This document shows, in pieces, positions 17,618-29,775 of a stretch of 64,000 bases of DNA. This DNA comes from Gammaproteobacteria bacterium UBA6724 (GTDB lineage Bacteria > Pseudomonadota > Gammaproteobacteria > Pseudomonadales > Azotimanducaceae). How positions within the stretch are numbered: the stretch's first letter is position 1; each line of letters opens with the position of its first letter. Where the stretch lies: assembly GCA_002454165.1 (NCBI GenBank), contig DKIG01000040.1, positions 18,048 to 82,047 of the forward strand, in the 5' to 3' direction. Position numbers and translations under genes: made by a program. Under the pieces are notes generated by a model, which was not told the DNA's origin, did no database searches, and worked only from the letters and a program-made list of their open reading frames with translations.

Positions 17618-18835
17618 ATGCAAAAATCTACCCGGTTGATTGTGGAGAGATCTCACAAAATAAGTACTCATGCCCTGAAGGTCGTGAACCGGCTTAGCGA
17701 GAGTGGCTTCCAGGCTTATCTGGTGGGCGGCTGCATTAGAGACATCCTGCTGAGCAGATCTCCAAAAGATTTTGATGTGGCGACCAACGCTCACCCAAAT
17801 GATGTTCGGAATCTCTTTCGAAATTCAAGGATCATCGGCAGACGATTCCGCATTGTACATGTGCGTTTCGGCAGAGAAATCGTGGAGGTCACAACCTTCC
17901 GGGGACCACACGAAGAGCAGTACGAAGCAAATCATTCCGAATCCGGAATGACGCTGTCGGACAACATCTACGGTACTTTTGAAGAAGATGTCTTTCGCCG
18001 GGACTTCGCAATGAACGCTATCTACTACCAGCCTGGCACCAAAGAATTAATTGATCTGACCGATGGTGCCACCGACATACAAAAACAAATTATTCGGACC
18101 ATCGGCTCCCCGGATGATCGCTTCAGGGAAGATCCGGTCAGAATGTTGCGTGCCATTAGATTCCAGGCAAAACTCGGGTTCATGATAGAAGAATCTGCTG
18201 CCCGTGCTATCAGGTCTCTGAGCTTCCTCATTCAGGATGTTGCACCCGCCCGGCTGTTTGAAGAGGTGTTAAAGCTGTTCATGTTTGGCTATGGTCTTCA
18301 ATCTTTTGAGGCATTGTTGGACCACGATATCTACGGTCGGCTCTTCCCGGATTCCAAACGGGCGATGGAGAATTCAAGCGCAAAACAACTAATCAGGTTG
18401 GTACTTTCCAGTACCGACAAGCGTATCGCCAATACATTACCGACGACACCGGCCTTCATTTATGCTGCGATCTTGTGGCAGCCCTTTATCATTGAAAAAC
18501 AGCGCCTTGAAGCAGCAGGTGTCGCCCTGATCAATGCGTCCCATGAAGCAGCAACCAATGTCATTTCCAAACAGCTTCTGTTTACATCAATACCAAGACG
18601 TTTTTCTGGACCTATGCGGGACATCTGGTTCCTGCAATTTCGGTTGCCGAAAAGAAGAGGCAAAAAAACAGATATCCTACTGGAGCACAAACGTTTTCGC
18701 GCTGCATACGACTTCCTGATACTCAGAGAAGAAGCGGGGGAAAAGACCGCAGGTCTGGGTGCATGGTGGACCAGGTATCAAGAGGCGGATGAAGCAACCC
18801 GGCAGACCATGAAAGAATCTATCAACAAGAAATAG
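17618..18835 (+). CDS. pcnB: Poly(A) polymerase I
   Basis: The nucleotidyltransferase motif GGCIRDILL..PKDFDV is present. It follows dksA, as in the enterobacterial and pseudomonad gene order. Confidence 0.85.
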   Translation: MQKSTRLIVERSHKISTHALKVVNRLSESGFQAYLVGGCIRDILLSRSPKDFDVATNAHPNDVRNLFRNSRIIGRRFRIVHVRFGREIVEVTTFRGPHEEQYEANHSESGMTLSDNIYGTFEEDVFRRDFAMNAIYYQPGTKELIDLTDGATDIQKQIIRTIGSPDDRFREDPVRMLRAIRFQAKLGFMIEESAARAIRSLSFLIQDVAPARLFEEVLKLFMFGYGLQSFEALLDHDIYGRLFPDSKRAMENSSAKQLIRLVLSSTDKRIANTLPTTPAFIYAAILWQPFIIEKQRLEAAGVALINASHEAATNVISKQLLFTSIPRRFSGPMRDIWFLQFRLPKRRGKKTDILLEHKRFRAAYDFLILREEAGEKTAGLGAWWTRYQEADEATRQTMKESINKK

Positions 18836-18950
18836 CATCGTATCAGACACCGAAAGAAACCAAGGATGAACCAGGCTAGATCTGGAACAGTATCCTGATT
18901 TCTGAACAGGCTTCACTAACAATGCTGGTTACAAAAGGGAGGGAAGAGCC

Positions 18951-20894
18951 ATGCCTGAACACAAGGTCTATCCGGTAAAAAAAGAAATCCGGAATCATGC
19001 CCATATCCGCGACAATCAATACCGTGCAATGTACGAAGCTTCAATCAATCGGTCGGAAGAATTTTGGTCCCAAAAGGCAGACGAGTTTCTCACCTGGTTC
19101 AAACCCTGGAGCAAGGTAACGGAATCGGATTTCCACAAGGGTGAGGCAAGGTGGTTTATTGATGGCAAATTGAACGCCTGTTACAACTGCGTTGACCGCC
19201 ATCTGGAACTGCGAGGAGACGAGACAGCAATCATCTGGGAAGGGGATGAGCCTGGTGATGGGCTAAAGGTCACCTACCGGGAACTGCATGGCGAGGTGTG
19301 CCGCCTGGCTAATCTGCTACTTGACCGGGGTCTGGGCAAGGGAGACCGGGTCTGCATCTATATGCCGATGATTCCCGAAGCCGTCTATGCGATGCTGGCT
19401 TGCGCCCGTATTGGTGCTATACATTCCGTCGTGTTTGGCGGCTTCTCTCCCCAGGCATTACGGGACCGCATTCTTGACGCTGACTGCCGAGCGGTGATTA
19501 CCGCTGATGCAGGTCTGCGAGGAGGCAAGCCCATCCCCTTGAAAGCAAACACGGATCAAGCCCTTGCTGCCTGTCCAGATGTTACAACAGTGATCGTGGT
19601 GCGAAGAAGCAACACGCCAGTCAACTGGCAAGAAGGCCGTGATATCTGGTACCAGGAGGCAATCAGTCAGATGTCTGCAGAATGTGAAGCAGTGCCAATG
19701 GACAGTGAAGACCCGCTGTTCATCCTTTACACCTCTGGTTCCACCGGCAAGCCAAAGGGAGTTTTGCACACGACCGGGGGTTATTTGCTCTATGTTTCAA
19801 TGACACACAAGTATGTATTTGACTATCAGGATGGCGATGTTTACTGGTGCACGGCGGATGTCGGCTGGGTCACGGGGCATTCATATATCGTCTATGGACC
19901 CCTGGCGAATGGTGCCATCACCCTGATATTTGAAGGCGTGCCCACCTACCCGACGCCATCGCGTTGCTGGCAGATTGTCGATAAACATCAGGTTAATATC
20001 TTTTACACGGCACCAACCGCTATTCGTGCCTTGATGGGGATGGGTGATGAGTTTGTCAACTCCACTTCCCGCAAGTCGCTGCGTCTTCTTGGTAGCGTAG
20101 GTGAACCGATTAACCCTGAAGCCTGGGAATGGTATTACCAGGTGGTCGGTGAAGCCCGGGCACCCATTGTTGATACCTGGTGGCAGACTGAGACAGGCGG
20201 CATCATGATCACGCCGCTACCTGGGGCAACAGCACTTAAACCCGGTTCTGCCACTCGTCCCTTTTTTGGTGTGGAGCCGGTGTTGCTTGATCCTGAGGGT
20301 AAGGAAATTGAAGGTCCAGGTGTCGGCAACCTTGCCATCAGCCGTTCCTGGCCAGGGCAAATCCGCACCCTCTTCGGTGACCATCAACGTTGCGTTGATA
20401 CTTACTACTCAACTTATCCGGGATACTACTTTACCGGCGATGGTGCCAGACGTGATGCGGATGGTGACTTCTGGATCACTGGGCGAGTTGACGATGTTCT
20501 TAATGTATCCGGGCACCGGATGGGGACGGCGGAAGTAGAAAGTGCCCTGGTGCTCCACAAGGCAGTCGCCGAAGCCGCCGTCGTCGGTTATCCGCACGAC
20601 ATCAAGGGTCAGGGCATCTATGCCTTCGTCACCCTGATGCACGACATCAAAGGCGACGAGGCGTTAAAAAATGAACTCAACGATCTCGTACGCACCGAAA
20701 TCGGGGCTATAGCCAAGCCAGACATCCTGCAATGGGCACCTGATTTACCGAAGACCCGATCTGGAAAAATCATGCGGCGGATCTTGAGGAAGATCGCTGG
20801 CAACCAGCTGGATGACCTGGGGGACACCAGCACCCTGGCTGATCCTGAAGTGGTGGATAAACTAATCGCAAACAGCCCGGTCACCGGAGACTAG
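18951..20894 (+). CDS. acs: Acetyl-CoA synthetase
   Basis: AMP-binding motif [11 protein letters not shown], the WWQTETGG motif, and the C-terminal [11 protein letters not shown] carrying the acetylatable Lys. Length is 647 aa. Confidence 0.95.
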   Translation: MPEHKVYPVKKEIRNHAHIRDNQYRAMYEASINRSEEFWSQKADEFLTWFKPWSKVTESDFHKGEARWFIDGKLNACYNCVDRHLELRGDETAIIWEGDEPGDGLKVTYRELHGEVCRLANLLLDRGLGKGDRVCIYMPMIPEAVYAMLACARIGAIHSVVFGGFSPQALRDRILDADCRAVITADAGLRGGKPIPLKANTDQALAACPDVTTVIVVRRSNTPVNWQEGRDIWYQEAISQMSAECEAVPMDSEDPLFILYTSGSTGKPKGVLHTTGGYLLYVSMTHKYVFDYQDGDVYWCTADVGWVTGHSYIVYGPLANGAITLIFEGVPTYPTPSRCWQIVDKHQVNIFYTAPTAIRALMGMGDEFVNSTSRKSLRLLGSVGEPINPEAWEWYYQVVGEARAPIVDTWWQTETGGIMITPLPGATALKPGSATRPFFGVEPVLLDPEGKEIEGPGVGNLAISRSWPGQIRTLFGDHQRCVDTYYSTYPGYYFTGDGARRDADGDFWITGRVDDVLNVSGHRMGTAEVESALVLHKAVAEAAVVGYPHDIKGQGIYAFVTLMHDIKGDEALKNELNDLVRTEIGAIAKPDILQWAPDLPKTRSGKIMRRILRKIAGNQLDDLGDTSTLADPEVVDKLIANSPVTGD

Positions 20895-20929
20895 TAGCCT
20901 GGCGGTGCTTGCCTGGTGCGAAGAAATAT

Positions 20930-23035
20930 CTATTTCTCGCCCTGCGTCATGGGCTGCTCATCCTTGAGCAATTCCTTCATAGAAAGTTTGATGCGACCAC
21001 GGTCAACATCCAGGACCAGCACCTTCACTTCCTGCCCAACCTCCAGATAGTCCGACACCTTCTCAACCCGCTCCTTGGCAATCTGTGAAACATGTACCAG
21101 ACCATCCTTGCCCGGCATGATGTTCACGAAAGCACCAAAATCCGCAATTTTGACGACCTTGCCGTTATAAACCTGGCCTGCCTCGGCTTCCGCGGTGATG
21201 GCTTCTATCTGTGCCACTGCTGCATCACGCGAGGCGACATCTTCACCAAAAATCGTGATGGTACCGTCATCGTTAATATCAATTGAAGCGCCGGTTGCCT
21301 CGGTCATTGCCCGGATGGTTGCCCCACCCTTGCCGATCACATCACGGATTTTTTCAACATCAATCTTGAGCGTCGTCATGGAGGGCGCATTCGGCGACAC
21401 CTCTGCGCGGGATTGATTGATGACCCTGTTCATTTCATTGAGGATATGCAGGCGTGCCTCCTTTGCCTGAGCCAGTGCCGTCTCCATAATCTGCTCGGTG
21501 ATTCCCTGAATCTTGATGTCCATTTGTAGCGCCGTAACGCCCGCCGATGTGCCAGCCACCTTAAAGTCCATATCGCCGAGATGGTCTTCATCACCGAGGA
21601 TATCCGTCAAAACGGCAAATTCGCCATCACCGTCAAGCACCAGCCCCATCGCCACACCAGCAACCGGTGCTTTGAGCGGCACGCCAGCATCCATTAAGGC
21701 AAGGCTCGCCCCGCAGACGGAGGCCATAGAAGATGAGCCATTGGATTCGGTGATTTCCGACACTACCCTGGTGGTGTAGGGCCAATCCTCCGTTTTTGGC
21801 AAGACCGCCGCTATACCACGACGCGCAAGCCGACCGTGCCCAATCTCCCGACGTTTTGGTCCTCCGGAAAATCCAGTTTCACCGACACTGTAATGTGGGA
21901 AGTTGTAATGCAAAATAAAATGATCTCTATAAGTACCCTGAAGTGCATCAATAATCGCTGCATCACGCGTTGAACCCAGCGTTGTTGATACCAATGCCTG
22001 GGTTTCCCCCCGGGTGAAGAGCGCAGAGCCGTGGGCTTTTGCTAGGATGCCAACTTCCACATCAATATGTCTCACGGTCCGGGTATCGCGACCATCAATT
22101 CTTGGTTTGCCCTCAATGATTGCCCGGCGAACGATTTTCTTTTCCAGTTTTCCGAATAGCTCAACTACATCGTCCCTATTAACATCATCACTCATGAGGT
22201 GCTCTATCGCCTGATTCCGCAGTTCGCCCAGCCGCGTTAACCGCGCTGCCTTCTCGGTGACCCGATAGGCAATGCCAATTTCCTCAGCAAACTGACTACT
22301 GAGCTTGTCTGCCAGAAGCGTATTTTCAGCCTTTGGCTGCCAGTCCCAGGGTTCACAACCTGCTTCTTGCCGCAGTTCGTTGATCGCTGCGATCACCGTC
22401 TGCATCTCCTGATGTGCAAACAACACAGCACCCAGCATCTGATCTTCCTTCAATTCATTAGCTTGAGATTCAACCATCAGCACTGCTGACTCTGTGCCGG
22501 CGACGACCATATCCAGATCGGAGTCTGCCAATGTCTGGTAGCCGGGATTCAGCAAATATCCGCCCGCCGTGAAGCCGACCCTTGCTACTCCTATGGGACC
22601 TGCAAAAGGAATACCGGACAATGTCAATGCCGCCGATACGCCGATCATCGCCGGAATATCCGGGTCAATATCCTTGTTCGCGGAAACAACCTGGCAGGTC
22701 ACCTGCACTTCATTCATGAAGCCCTTGGGAAAGAGGGGCCGGATGGGTCGGTCAATGAGTCTTGCTGTGAGTGTTTCCTTCTCAGAGGGCCGCCCTTCGC
22801 GTCGGAAAAATCCACCCGGGATTTTCCCAGCGGCGTAAGTTTTTTCTTCATAATTCACCGTAAGTGGTAAAAAATCCTGGCCAGACTTGGCTTCCCTGCG
22901 CCCTACAACAGCGACCAGCACCGTCGTATCCGCCATGGTCACCATCACTGATGCGTTTGCCTGTCTTGCCACCTTCCCTGTTTCCAGTACGACTTCGTGC
23001 CCACCATAATTAAATTTCTTACTTACATGATTCAC
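20930..23035 (-). CDS. pnp: Polynucleotide phosphorylase
   Basis: Two RNase PH domains followed by KH (IGKGGATIR) and S1 ([13 protein letters not shown]) domains. It lies downstream of rpsO. Confidence 0.95.
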   Translation of the reverse strand: MNHVSKKFNYGGHEVVLETGKVARQANASVMVTMADTTVLVAVVGRREAKSGQDFLPLTVNYEEKTYAAGKIPGGFFRREGRPSEKETLTARLIDRPIRPLFPKGFMNEVQVTCQVVSANKDIDPDIPAMIGVSAALTLSGIPFAGPIGVARVGFTAGGYLLNPGYQTLADSDLDMVVAGTESAVLMVESQANELKEDQMLGAVLFAHQEMQTVIAAINELRQEAGCEPWDWQPKAENTLLADKLSSQFAEEIGIAYRVTEKAARLTRLGELRNQAIEHLMSDDVNRDDVVELFGKLEKKIVRRAIIEGKPRIDGRDTRTVRHIDVEVGILAKAHGSALFTRGETQALVSTTLGSTRDAAIIDALQGTYRDHFILHYNFPHYSVGETGFSGGPKRREIGHGRLARRGIAAVLPKTEDWPYTTRVVSEITESNGSSSMASVCGASLALMDAGVPLKAPVAGVAMGLVLDGDGEFAVLTDILGDEDHLGDMDFKVAGTSAGVTALQMDIKIQGITEQIMETALAQAKEARLHILNEMNRVINQSRAEVSPNAPSMTTLKIDVEKIRDVIGKGGATIRAMTEATGASIDINDDGTITIFGEDVASRDAAVAQIEAITAEAEAGQVYNGKVVKIADFGAFVNIMPGKDGLVHVSQIAKERVEKVSDYLEVGQEVKVLVLDVDRGRIKLSMKELLKDEQPMTQGEK

Positions 23036-23104
23036 ATTCTTCTCCTGTTATTTTCTCGTTCAGTTTTCCCCATTTTGGTGCTGTACAGGCGTATCCGCAT
23101 CAGA

Positions 23105-23374
23105 CTATCGACGCAAGCCCAGTTTCTTGATAACTGCTGTGTACCTATCCAGGTTCTTGTTCCGCAAATAGTTCAGTAACCTTCGCCGCTGACTGACCAT
23201 TCGTAGCAAACCAACTCGCGAATGGTGGTCCTGCTTGTGCTGGTCAAAGTGCGTTTGCAACTGTTCGATATTGGCAGTCAGTAGCGCTACCTGCACTTCA
23301 GGGGAACCTGTATCCTGTTCAGATGTTCCAAAGTCCCTGACAATTTCTGTTTTTCTTTCCGTTGATAAAGCCAT
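23105..23374 (-). CDS. rpsO: 30S ribosomal protein S15
   Basis: Internal ATG at 23374 of ORF 23105..23539 gives the 89-aa sequence [30 protein letters not shown]. Confidence 0.95.
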   Translation of the reverse strand: MALSTERKTEIVRDFGTSEQDTGSPEVQVALLTANIEQLQTHFDQHKQDHHSRVGLLRMVSQRRRLLNYLRNKNLDRYTAVIKKLGLRR

Positions 23375-23396
23375 TCCCATTGCTCCAATTAACCTG

Positions 23397-24344
23397 CTAA
23401 TGCACCAGAACCAATCTTCGTGGTGCAATTCTGCCATCATCCAAGACTTCACCGACGCCCACGAAACCCTCATTATGCCCGGTGCTTGCGCCCTGGCTAT
23501 CTGCCGAAAAAAGACCAACCCAGCCTCCTGTCGGGGCATTCGCCACCAACACCGGCTGCCCTTGACGGATGTAGGTCTCCGCCAACCGGGTCAATCCAAC
23601 CGACGGCAGATCCTGGACTGCTGCGCTGATGGGCAACAAATGCCGGTCAATTTCAGCCCGGTCCTTTTCATCGGCAAGCTTTTTCAATTCCTTAACCCTG
23701 ACCGTTTCTTCTGCAGAAAAAGGTCCTGCGACTGACCGGCGAAGCTGTTTAACATGTGCACCGCAACCCATGTCAGCACCAATATCATCCGCCAGAGTCC
23801 GTATGTAAGTGCCCTTACTACATCGTATATCCAATACCAGTTCCTCAGGGGTCTTCTCCACCAGGGTCAACTGGTGAATACAGACCTGTCTTTCCTTGCG
23901 CTCAATTTCGATACCCTTCCGCGCCAACTTATAAAGCGGCTTACCTGCCACTTTCACGGCGGAGTACATGGGGGGCACCTGGCTAATCTCTCCACGATAA
24001 GCCGCCAATATTTTTTCCACCGCAGCATCTGATATTACTGGGATTGCACATTGTTCCAACAGAGCCCCATCTGAGTCGCCGGTATCGGTTCTGATACCCA
24101 GCCTCAGCACGGCAAGATAGCGCTTGTCTGCGTTCAACAGGAATTGGGAAAACTTCGTCGCTTCACCAAAAAAAATAGGTAAAACGCCCGTGGCGAGCGG
24201 ATCCAGGGAACCGGTGTGGCCTGCCTTCTTGGCACCGTAAAGTCGTTTGACCTCTTGCAGAGCGGCATTAGAAGTCATCCCCTCAGATTTGTCCAGCAAC
24301 AATATCCCATCAACTGTCCGTCCTCCGGATCTATGTCGCGTCAC
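23397..24344 (-). CDS. truB: tRNA pseudouridine-55 synthase
   Basis: Catalytic motif [14 protein letters not shown]. The position between rbfA and rpsO is the conserved one. Confidence 0.9.
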   Translation of the reverse strand: MTRHRSGGRTVDGILLLDKSEGMTSNAALQEVKRLYGAKKAGHTGSLDPLATGVLPIFFGEATKFSQFLLNADKRYLAVLRLGIRTDTGDSDGALLEQCAIPVISDAAVEKILAAYRGEISQVPPMYSAVKVAGKPLYKLARKGIEIERKERQVCIHQLTLVEKTPEELVLDIRCSKGTYIRTLADDIGADMGCGAHVKQLRRSVAGPFSAEETVRVKELKKLADEKDRAEIDRHLLPISAAVQDLPSVGLTRLAETYIRQGQPVLVANAPTGGWVGLFSADSQGASTGHNEGFVGVGEVLDDGRIAPRRLVLVH

Positions 24345-24360
24345 TATTTTCTTCTCGTTT

Positions 24361-24789
24361 CTAGTTTTCTTCTACACAATCGTTATCAGCCGGGTCATTG
24401 ATAGTCCCTCGGCGACAGTCCTGTGCAATCGCCTTGTCAATGGACTGGCTCAGCCTGATACCGGTATTCATCGTGCTGTCGTAATGAAATCTCAATTTGG
24501 GCGTGCTTCGAATATTTAAAATTTTTGCCAACCGGAAGCGAAGAAACCCTGCGGACTGATTCAATACCTCTTCCACTGCCGTAGCATCTCGTTCCGGGAG
24601 CACGGTGAAATAAACATCAGAAACAGCAAAATCCCGACTCACAGTGGTATCACTGATGGTGATCATGCCGATTCTGGGGTCCTCAACTTCCTGTTGTACC
24701 AAGAGGGCTAGTTCCCTTTGAATAAGGTCGGCAACCCTGCGTCCTCGGCTAAATTCTCTGGGCACTCCACTTCTCCATTGCTCTTCCAT
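24361..24789 (-). CDS. rbfA: Ribosome-binding factor A
   Basis: EFSRGRRVADLIQRELA is the typical RbfA N-terminus. ATG 24789 is chosen over ORF start 24867, which would overlap infB by 41 nt. Confidence 0.85.
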   Translation of the reverse strand: MEEQWRSGVPREFSRGRRVADLIQRELALLVQQEVEDPRIGMITISDTTVSRDFAVSDVYFTVLPERDATAVEEVLNQSAGFLRFRLAKILNIRSTPKLRFHYDSTMNTGIRLSQSIDKAIAQDCRRGTINDPADNDCVEEN

Positions 24790-24826
24790 TGATATGAATT
24801 CAAGCACCTGCCCGGGCAAGGCGGGT

Positions 24827-27433
24827 TCATTCAGCATGTATCTCTCTCGCCACTTCCCGGGTATCAAAGACTTCTATCATGTCTTTGACCTTCACATCAT
24901 TGTAATTCTTGACGCCTATGCCGCACTCAACACCACTTGATATGCTGTCAACTTCATCTTTGAAGCGCCTCAGCGATTCCAACTCGCCTTCAAAGATGAC
25001 CACATTGTCCCTCAGGACTCGAATTTTCTTCTGCCTTGACACAGAGCCTTCTGTCACCAGACACCCTGCGATCAATCCCATCTTCCTGGACTGGAACACA
25101 TCCCGCACTTCCGCAATACCGACAATCTCCTCCCGTACCTCTGGCTTCAACATGCCGGAAAGTGCTGCCCTGACATCGTCCACCAGATCATAAATGACCT
25201 TGTAATATCGGAGATCAAGGTTCTCGGTCTTAATAACCTTCTTGGCAGCATTGTCTGCACGGACATTAAAACCGAAAATGACCGCATCAGTCGTCACTGC
25301 ATAGATGGCGTCGGATTCGGTGATCCCACCCACACCCGGTATTGCCACATTGACCTGGACTTCATCGTTACCCAGCTCAGTCAATGCGGACACTATAGCC
25401 TCTAGAGAACCTCGGACGTCTGCTTTCAGGACTATGTTCAGCCTTCTAGTTTCATCAACACCAAAATTGTCCAACAACTTGTCCAGCGAACTGCTTGTAG
25501 TCAACCGAGACTCCTTCGCCCGCACACGGCGAACATCAGCGGCTTCCCGTGCTCGTCGCTCATCTTTGGTGACAAGAAAGCCATCACCTGCCTCCGGCGT
25601 GCCGTTCAGCCCGAGAAGAACCACTGGAGTCGCGGGACCTGCAAATTTTACTTTAGTGCCGGTTTCATCATTGAGTGCTCTTACCCTGCCAAATTGCTGA
25701 CCCGCTATGACGATGTCGCCCTGGTTTAACCTACCCTTCTGAACGAGCAGAGTGACGACGGGACCTTTGGTTTTATCCAGTGCAGATTCAATAACGACGC
25801 CCTGGGCGGGACCCCTGTCCACTGCGGTGAGTTCCAGTAGTTCCGCTTGCAATAGTACGGCTTCCAGTAGCTCCTCTACCCCTGCGCCCGTGGTGGCAGA
25901 AACCTGAATAAACTGGGTATCACCACCCCAGTCCTCGGGGATAAGATCGCAGGCGGCGAGTTCATTTTTGACTCGTTCGGGGTCCACGCCTTCCTTGTCA
26001 ATCTTGTTGAGAGCAACCACGACGGGGACACCGGCACTCCTGGCATGCTGGATTGCCTCTTCTGTCTGTGGCATGACACCATCATCCGCCGCGACGACGA
26101 GTATCACTATATCGGTTACATCCGCGCCGCGCGCTCGCATGGCGGTAAATGCGGCATGACCAGGTGTATCTATGAAACACACCTCACCATGATCCGTTGC
26201 GACGCGATAGGCACCAATATGCTGGGTGATGCCGCCGGCTTCGGCGCTTGCCACCTGGGACTTCCTGATATAGTCAAGCAGGGACGTTTTACCATGATCA
26301 ACATGCCCCATGACCGTCACCACTGGTGCGCGTGGTATGGCTTGCGCTTCGTAAACCAATGCCTCTTCCAGTTGTTTCTCAACCTCATTGGAAGCAAGCA
26401 ACTTAACCTTATGACCAAATTCCTCCACCACCAGGGTCGCAACATCCTGGTCAATAGTATCGTTACCCGTCTTTTCCACACCGAGGTTCGTCAACATCTT
26501 GATCACATCGGTCGCTTTGACAGACATCTTCCGGGAAAGCTGCTGTATCGTGATCTGTTCGCCTAACTCAACTTCCCGAATGATATCCTCGGTCGGCGTA
26601 TTGAATTTGTGCTGCACGACAGGTTTGGCGACGCGTCTTGCCCGAGGTGAACTCAGCCCCAGGGTGCCTGCTTCCTCTTCCTTCTTCTCAGTAACCGTTT
26701 CATCAGGCGATTCCTCAGCGGGACTCTCATCCAACAGGTTTGCACCTACAAGTTCTTCTACCCGGTGCTTGCGACCGCCATGCTTTGATTTCTTGTGATG
26801 CAGATCTTCATCATCCAGATCACGCCGGTCACGCCGGTCCTTGCGTTTGCCAGTTTCAATTTCTTCCCCGGTTACCTGGGGGTCAGAGGTGACGGCAGGT
26901 TTGGTAGCAGCCTTGGCGGCGATGGATTCTGCCTTTGCCTTGGCTTCCTCTTCCTTGAGTTTTTTCTCTTCTGCTTCCTTTTCTTTGCGCGCTTGCCTTT
27001 CCGCCAATCGGCTGGTTGCCGCTTCCTGACGTTTATGTTCTACATCAATGTCTTTGGTGCTTTTTAATGCGCCTGGCGTTGTTGCTCCCGGTGTATCTGA
27101 CATGGGTGGCTCTGCTTGGTCTCCCGCCGCCGTACCCTGCTTGAAATAGGTGCGCTTTTTGCGAACCTCCACATTGACAGTCCGCCCGCGACCGGATCTG
27201 CTACCACTCTTAATGGTGCTGTGTACCCGCCGCTTTAGTGTGATTTCTTTGCGTGGTCCGGCATCCTCGCCATGACTCTTTCTCAAATGATCCAGGAGTT
27301 GTTGCCTCTCTTCTTCCCCTATGTCGTCCTTTGCTGATTTCTGAGATAGCCTGGCTTCCGCTATCTGAAGCAACAGCCGTTCCACGGGTACATCTATCGT
27401 CTCCGCCAGTTGTCCTACCGTTTGTTCAGCCAT
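24827..27433 (-). CDS. infB: Translation initiation factor IF-2
   Basis: G domain motifs [17 protein letters not shown] and NKID. The N-terminal region is charged and low-complexity. Confidence 0.95.
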   Translation of the reverse strand: MAEQTVGQLAETIDVPVERLLLQIAEARLSQKSAKDDIGEEERQQLLDHLRKSHGEDAGPRKEITLKRRVHSTIKSGSRSGRGRTVNVEVRKKRTYFKQGTAAGDQAEPPMSDTPGATTPGALKSTKDIDVEHKRQEAATSRLAERQARKEKEAEEKKLKEEEAKAKAESIAAKAATKPAVTSDPQVTGEEIETGKRKDRRDRRDLDDEDLHHKKSKHGGRKHRVEELVGANLLDESPAEESPDETVTEKKEEEAGTLGLSSPRARRVAKPVVQHKFNTPTEDIIREVELGEQITIQQLSRKMSVKATDVIKMLTNLGVEKTGNDTIDQDVATLVVEEFGHKVKLLASNEVEKQLEEALVYEAQAIPRAPVVTVMGHVDHGKTSLLDYIRKSQVASAEAGGITQHIGAYRVATDHGEVCFIDTPGHAAFTAMRARGADVTDIVILVVAADDGVMPQTEEAIQHARSAGVPVVVALNKIDKEGVDPERVKNELAACDLIPEDWGGDTQFIQVSATTGAGVEELLEAVLLQAELLELTAVDRGPAQGVVIESALDKTKGPVVTLLVQKGRLNQGDIVIAGQQFGRVRALNDETGTKVKFAGPATPVVLLGLNGTPEAGDGFLVTKDERRAREAADVRRVRAKESRLTTSSSLDKLLDNFGVDETRRLNIVLKADVRGSLEAIVSALTELGNDEVQVNVAIPGVGGITESDAIYAVTTDAVIFGFNVRADNAAKKVIKTENLDLRYYKVIYDLVDDVRAALSGMLKPEVREEIVGIAEVRDVFQSRKMGLIAGCLVTEGSVSRQKKIRVLRDNVVIFEGELESLRRFKDEVDSISSGVECGIGVKNYNDVKVKDMIEVFDTREVAREIHAE

Positions 27434-27490
27434 GACTAATACCCTACACCTCTCACTTAACGAAGCCCTTCATTGACTGCATAGCCCGTC

Positions 27491-29017
27491 TCATCCCTCA
27501 GTGCCGCCCTGGGCAGTTGCTTCAATCCCCTCTTCTTCAAACCAGGGAATCCGGGCAGTCATAATCAACTCACCAGCCCGCTCCTCTGTTAAATCATCAA
27601 TATCAATCAGGTCGGCGATGGTCTGCTCTGCCAGATCTTCCATAGTGGCAATGCCTTTGCTCGCCAACTGATATGCCAGTCGCTTGTCCATTCCTGCCAT
27701 GCTCAGCAGGTCTTCAGCCGGCTCAACATTGCCCAGTCCTTCCTCGTTTACCAAATCAAGCGTGGTCAATGTAGTTTTTGCCCGGCTTCGTAACGCCTCA
27801 ACAATCTCCTCGTCAAAGCCCTCAATCGCAATCATCTCGGCGATGGGCACATAGGCAATTTCTTCCAGTGTCATAAAGCCTTCTTCAACCAACACTATGG
27901 CGACCTCTTCGTCCACATCAAGTTGCTGCATGAAACTCTCAACTATTTTGCCTGCTTCTGTTTCCTGTTTCTCTGCGGCTTCTGCTTCCGTCATGATATT
28001 GAGTTCCCAGCCGATCAACTCGCTCGCAAGGTTTACATTCTGGCCGCCGCGCCCAATCGCCTGAGCAAGATTATCTTCTGACACTGCGATATCCATACTG
28101 TGAGTTTCCTCGTCCACGATAACGGACACCACTTCGGCAGGGGACATGGCGTTGATCGCCAACTGCGCGACATTGTCATCCCAGAGTACAATATCAATAC
28201 GTTCATTACCCAGTTCATTGGACACTGTCTGCACCCTTGAACCACGCATACCGACACAGGCACCCACCGGGTCAATTCTACCGTCATTGGTTTTTACCGC
28301 TATCTTCGCCCTGGAGCCGGGATCCCGGGCGCAGCTCAGTATCTCAATGACGCCATCGTCAACTTCTCTGACTTCAATCCTGAAAAGTTCAACCAGCATA
28401 GCGGGCGAGGTGCGAGTCAACACAAGCTGTGGTCCTCGCGCTTCGGGTCTTATCTCTGCCAGCAGTCCGCGTAGTCGGTCGCCATCTCTGAAAGTTTCTC
28501 TTGGTATCCAGGATTCACGAGGCAAGATGGCTTCCGCATTGGCACCCAGGTCAACGATGACCGCTTCCCTCGTTACCTTCTTTACCTGACCATTGAGTAT
28601 CTCGCCCACCCGGGAACTATAAGCACTAACGACCTGCGCCCTTTCTGCTTCTCTGACCTTCTGGACGATTACCTGTTTCGCTGCCTGAGCGGCGATGCGA
28701 CCAAACTCAACGGATTCAACGGGAATTTCCCAGGTGCCGCCTAGCTCCAGGTTTGTCTCCTTGGTCTTGGCTTCAGTCAGTGTCATTTGCGCTTCGGGGA
28801 ATTCCATCTCCTCGTCATCGGGAACGACTTCCCAAACTCGGAAGGTTTTGTATTCACCTGTCTCCTTATCTATAGCGACACGAAGTTCAACTGCTTCCGC
28901 ATAGCGTTTTTTTGCCGCGGCCGCCAGCGCCAGTTCCAGGGCTTCAAAAATGACCTCTTCTGATACACCCTTCTCATTGGATACCATTTCCACGACTCTC
29001 AATATCTCTTTACTCAT
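27491..29017 (-). CDS. nusA: Transcription termination/antitermination factor NusA
   Basis: The layout is an N-terminal domain, S1, two KH domains (GRGGQNV) and acidic C-terminal repeats. The operon position is conserved. Confidence 0.95.
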   Translation of the reverse strand: MSKEILRVVEMVSNEKGVSEEVIFEALELALAAAAKKRYAEAVELRVAIDKETGEYKTFRVWEVVPDDEEMEFPEAQMTLTEAKTKETNLELGGTWEIPVESVEFGRIAAQAAKQVIVQKVREAERAQVVSAYSSRVGEILNGQVKKVTREAVIVDLGANAEAILPRESWIPRETFRDGDRLRGLLAEIRPEARGPQLVLTRTSPAMLVELFRIEVREVDDGVIEILSCARDPGSRAKIAVKTNDGRIDPVGACVGMRGSRVQTVSNELGNERIDIVLWDDNVAQLAINAMSPAEVVSVIVDEETHSMDIAVSEDNLAQAIGRGGQNVNLASELIGWELNIMTEAEAAEKQETEAGKIVESFMQQLDVDEEVAIVLVEEGFMTLEEIAYVPIAEMIAIEGFDEEIVEALRSRAKTTLTTLDLVNEEGLGNVEPAEDLLSMAGMDKRLAYQLASKGIATMEDLAEQTIADLIDIDDLTEERAGELIMTARIPWFEEEGIEATAQGGTEG

Positions 29018-29039
29018 CGCTCTGCCTCATCACTCTGTC

Positions 29040-29516
29040 TCATCGGACATACTGCTTCCGGCTACCGAAGGTCTTGGCGTCAGGCACTATCTTTGCCCTT
29101 TCTATTGTTTCAATCGGGAAGAGGTATTCCTCATCGTCTCGTCGCAAAATAACCTCGTCGCCCTCAATACCCTGTAACTTGCCAGAATAGTTGCGGCTAC
29201 CGGCGCGCGGTGCCTTCAATCTGATTCTGACTCTGGTGCCAGCATACTGCGAAAAATGCTCCAATTTGAACAGCTTCCTTGCCACCCCCGGTGATGACAC
29301 CTCCAGGGTGTAATGACTGTGTATCGGGTTTTCCACATCCAGCAGACTACTTAGCTGCCGACTGACCCGCGCACAGTCCTCCAGACTGATGCCGTCTGCC
29401 GCATCTATGTATATTCTCAGCAGAGGGTGCCGGCCCCGGGTCCGCTCAATACCCCAGAGATCACAACCCAACGCCTTTACCACAGGTTCAATCATCTCGC
29501 TTAACCGGTCACTCAC
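29040..29516 (-). CDS. rimP: Ribosome maturation factor RimP
   Basis: It aligns to E. coli RimP (LRIYID..DG....DCA.VS, LEVSSPG). GTG 29516 has GGAGAAGG 4 nt upstream, and ATG 29495 is an alternative start. The ORF extension to 29642 would run through the terminator. Confidence 0.85.
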   Translation of the reverse strand: MSDRLSEMIEPVVKALGCDLWGIERTRGRHPLLRIYIDAADGISLEDCARVSRQLSSLLDVENPIHSHYTLEVSSPGVARKLFKLEHFSQYAGTRVRIRLKAPRAGSRNYSGKLQGIEGDEVILRRDDEEYLFPIETIERAKIVPDAKTFGSRKQYVR

Positions 29517-29540
29517 CAGCCTTCTCCAGCTATTCACGCA

Positions 29541-29567
29541 AACAAAAAATGGGCATAGCGCCCATTT
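29541..29567 (-). terminator. Intrinsic terminator/attenuator between tRNA-fMet and rimP
   Basis: The minus strand reads AAATGGGC-gctat-GCCCATTT followed by TTTGTT, so with the arm's own T's the U-run reads tttttt-g-tt. A terminator occupies the same place in the E. coli metY operon. Confidence 0.55.
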
Positions 29568-29652
29568 CTCGGTTGATGGGTATGTCAACCCACCTTGCCC
29601 TCTGACGCGAAACTGTGCCAGAGTTAATAAAAAGCCCCTCACTGGGGGCTAA

Positions 29653-29729
29653 TGGTAGCGGGGGCAGGATTCGAACCTGCGACCTACGGGTTATGAGCCC
29701 GTCGAGCTACCAGACTGCTCCACCCCGCA
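29653..29729 (-). tRNA. metY: Initiator tRNA-fMet (anticodon CAT)
   Basis: The minus-strand sequence ...GCGGGGTGGAGCAGTCTGGTAGCTCGACGGGCTCATAACCCGTAGGTCGCAGGTTCGAATCCTGCCCCCGCTACCA is near-identical to E. coli tRNA-fMet. It has a 1:72 mismatch, three G-C pairs closing the anticodon stem, and an encoded CCA. Confidence 0.9.
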
Positions 29730-29775
29730 ATAAACAAGGGTCGAAAGTATAAAGTTGCATGCTAGATTGGTCAAG

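Noticed and set aside
29517-29642. Upstream in-frame extensions of several ORFs in the track: rimP to 29642, the receptor to 10962, the deaminase to 8529, prfC from 39455, DUF971 from 54161, rpsO to 23539, hisE from 57531 and rbfA to 24867
   Set aside because: In each case the extension overlaps the preceding gene, a tRNA or a terminator, and has no similarity to the family N-terminus. An internal start with an RBS, or a start/stop overlap, reproduces the conserved N-terminus.
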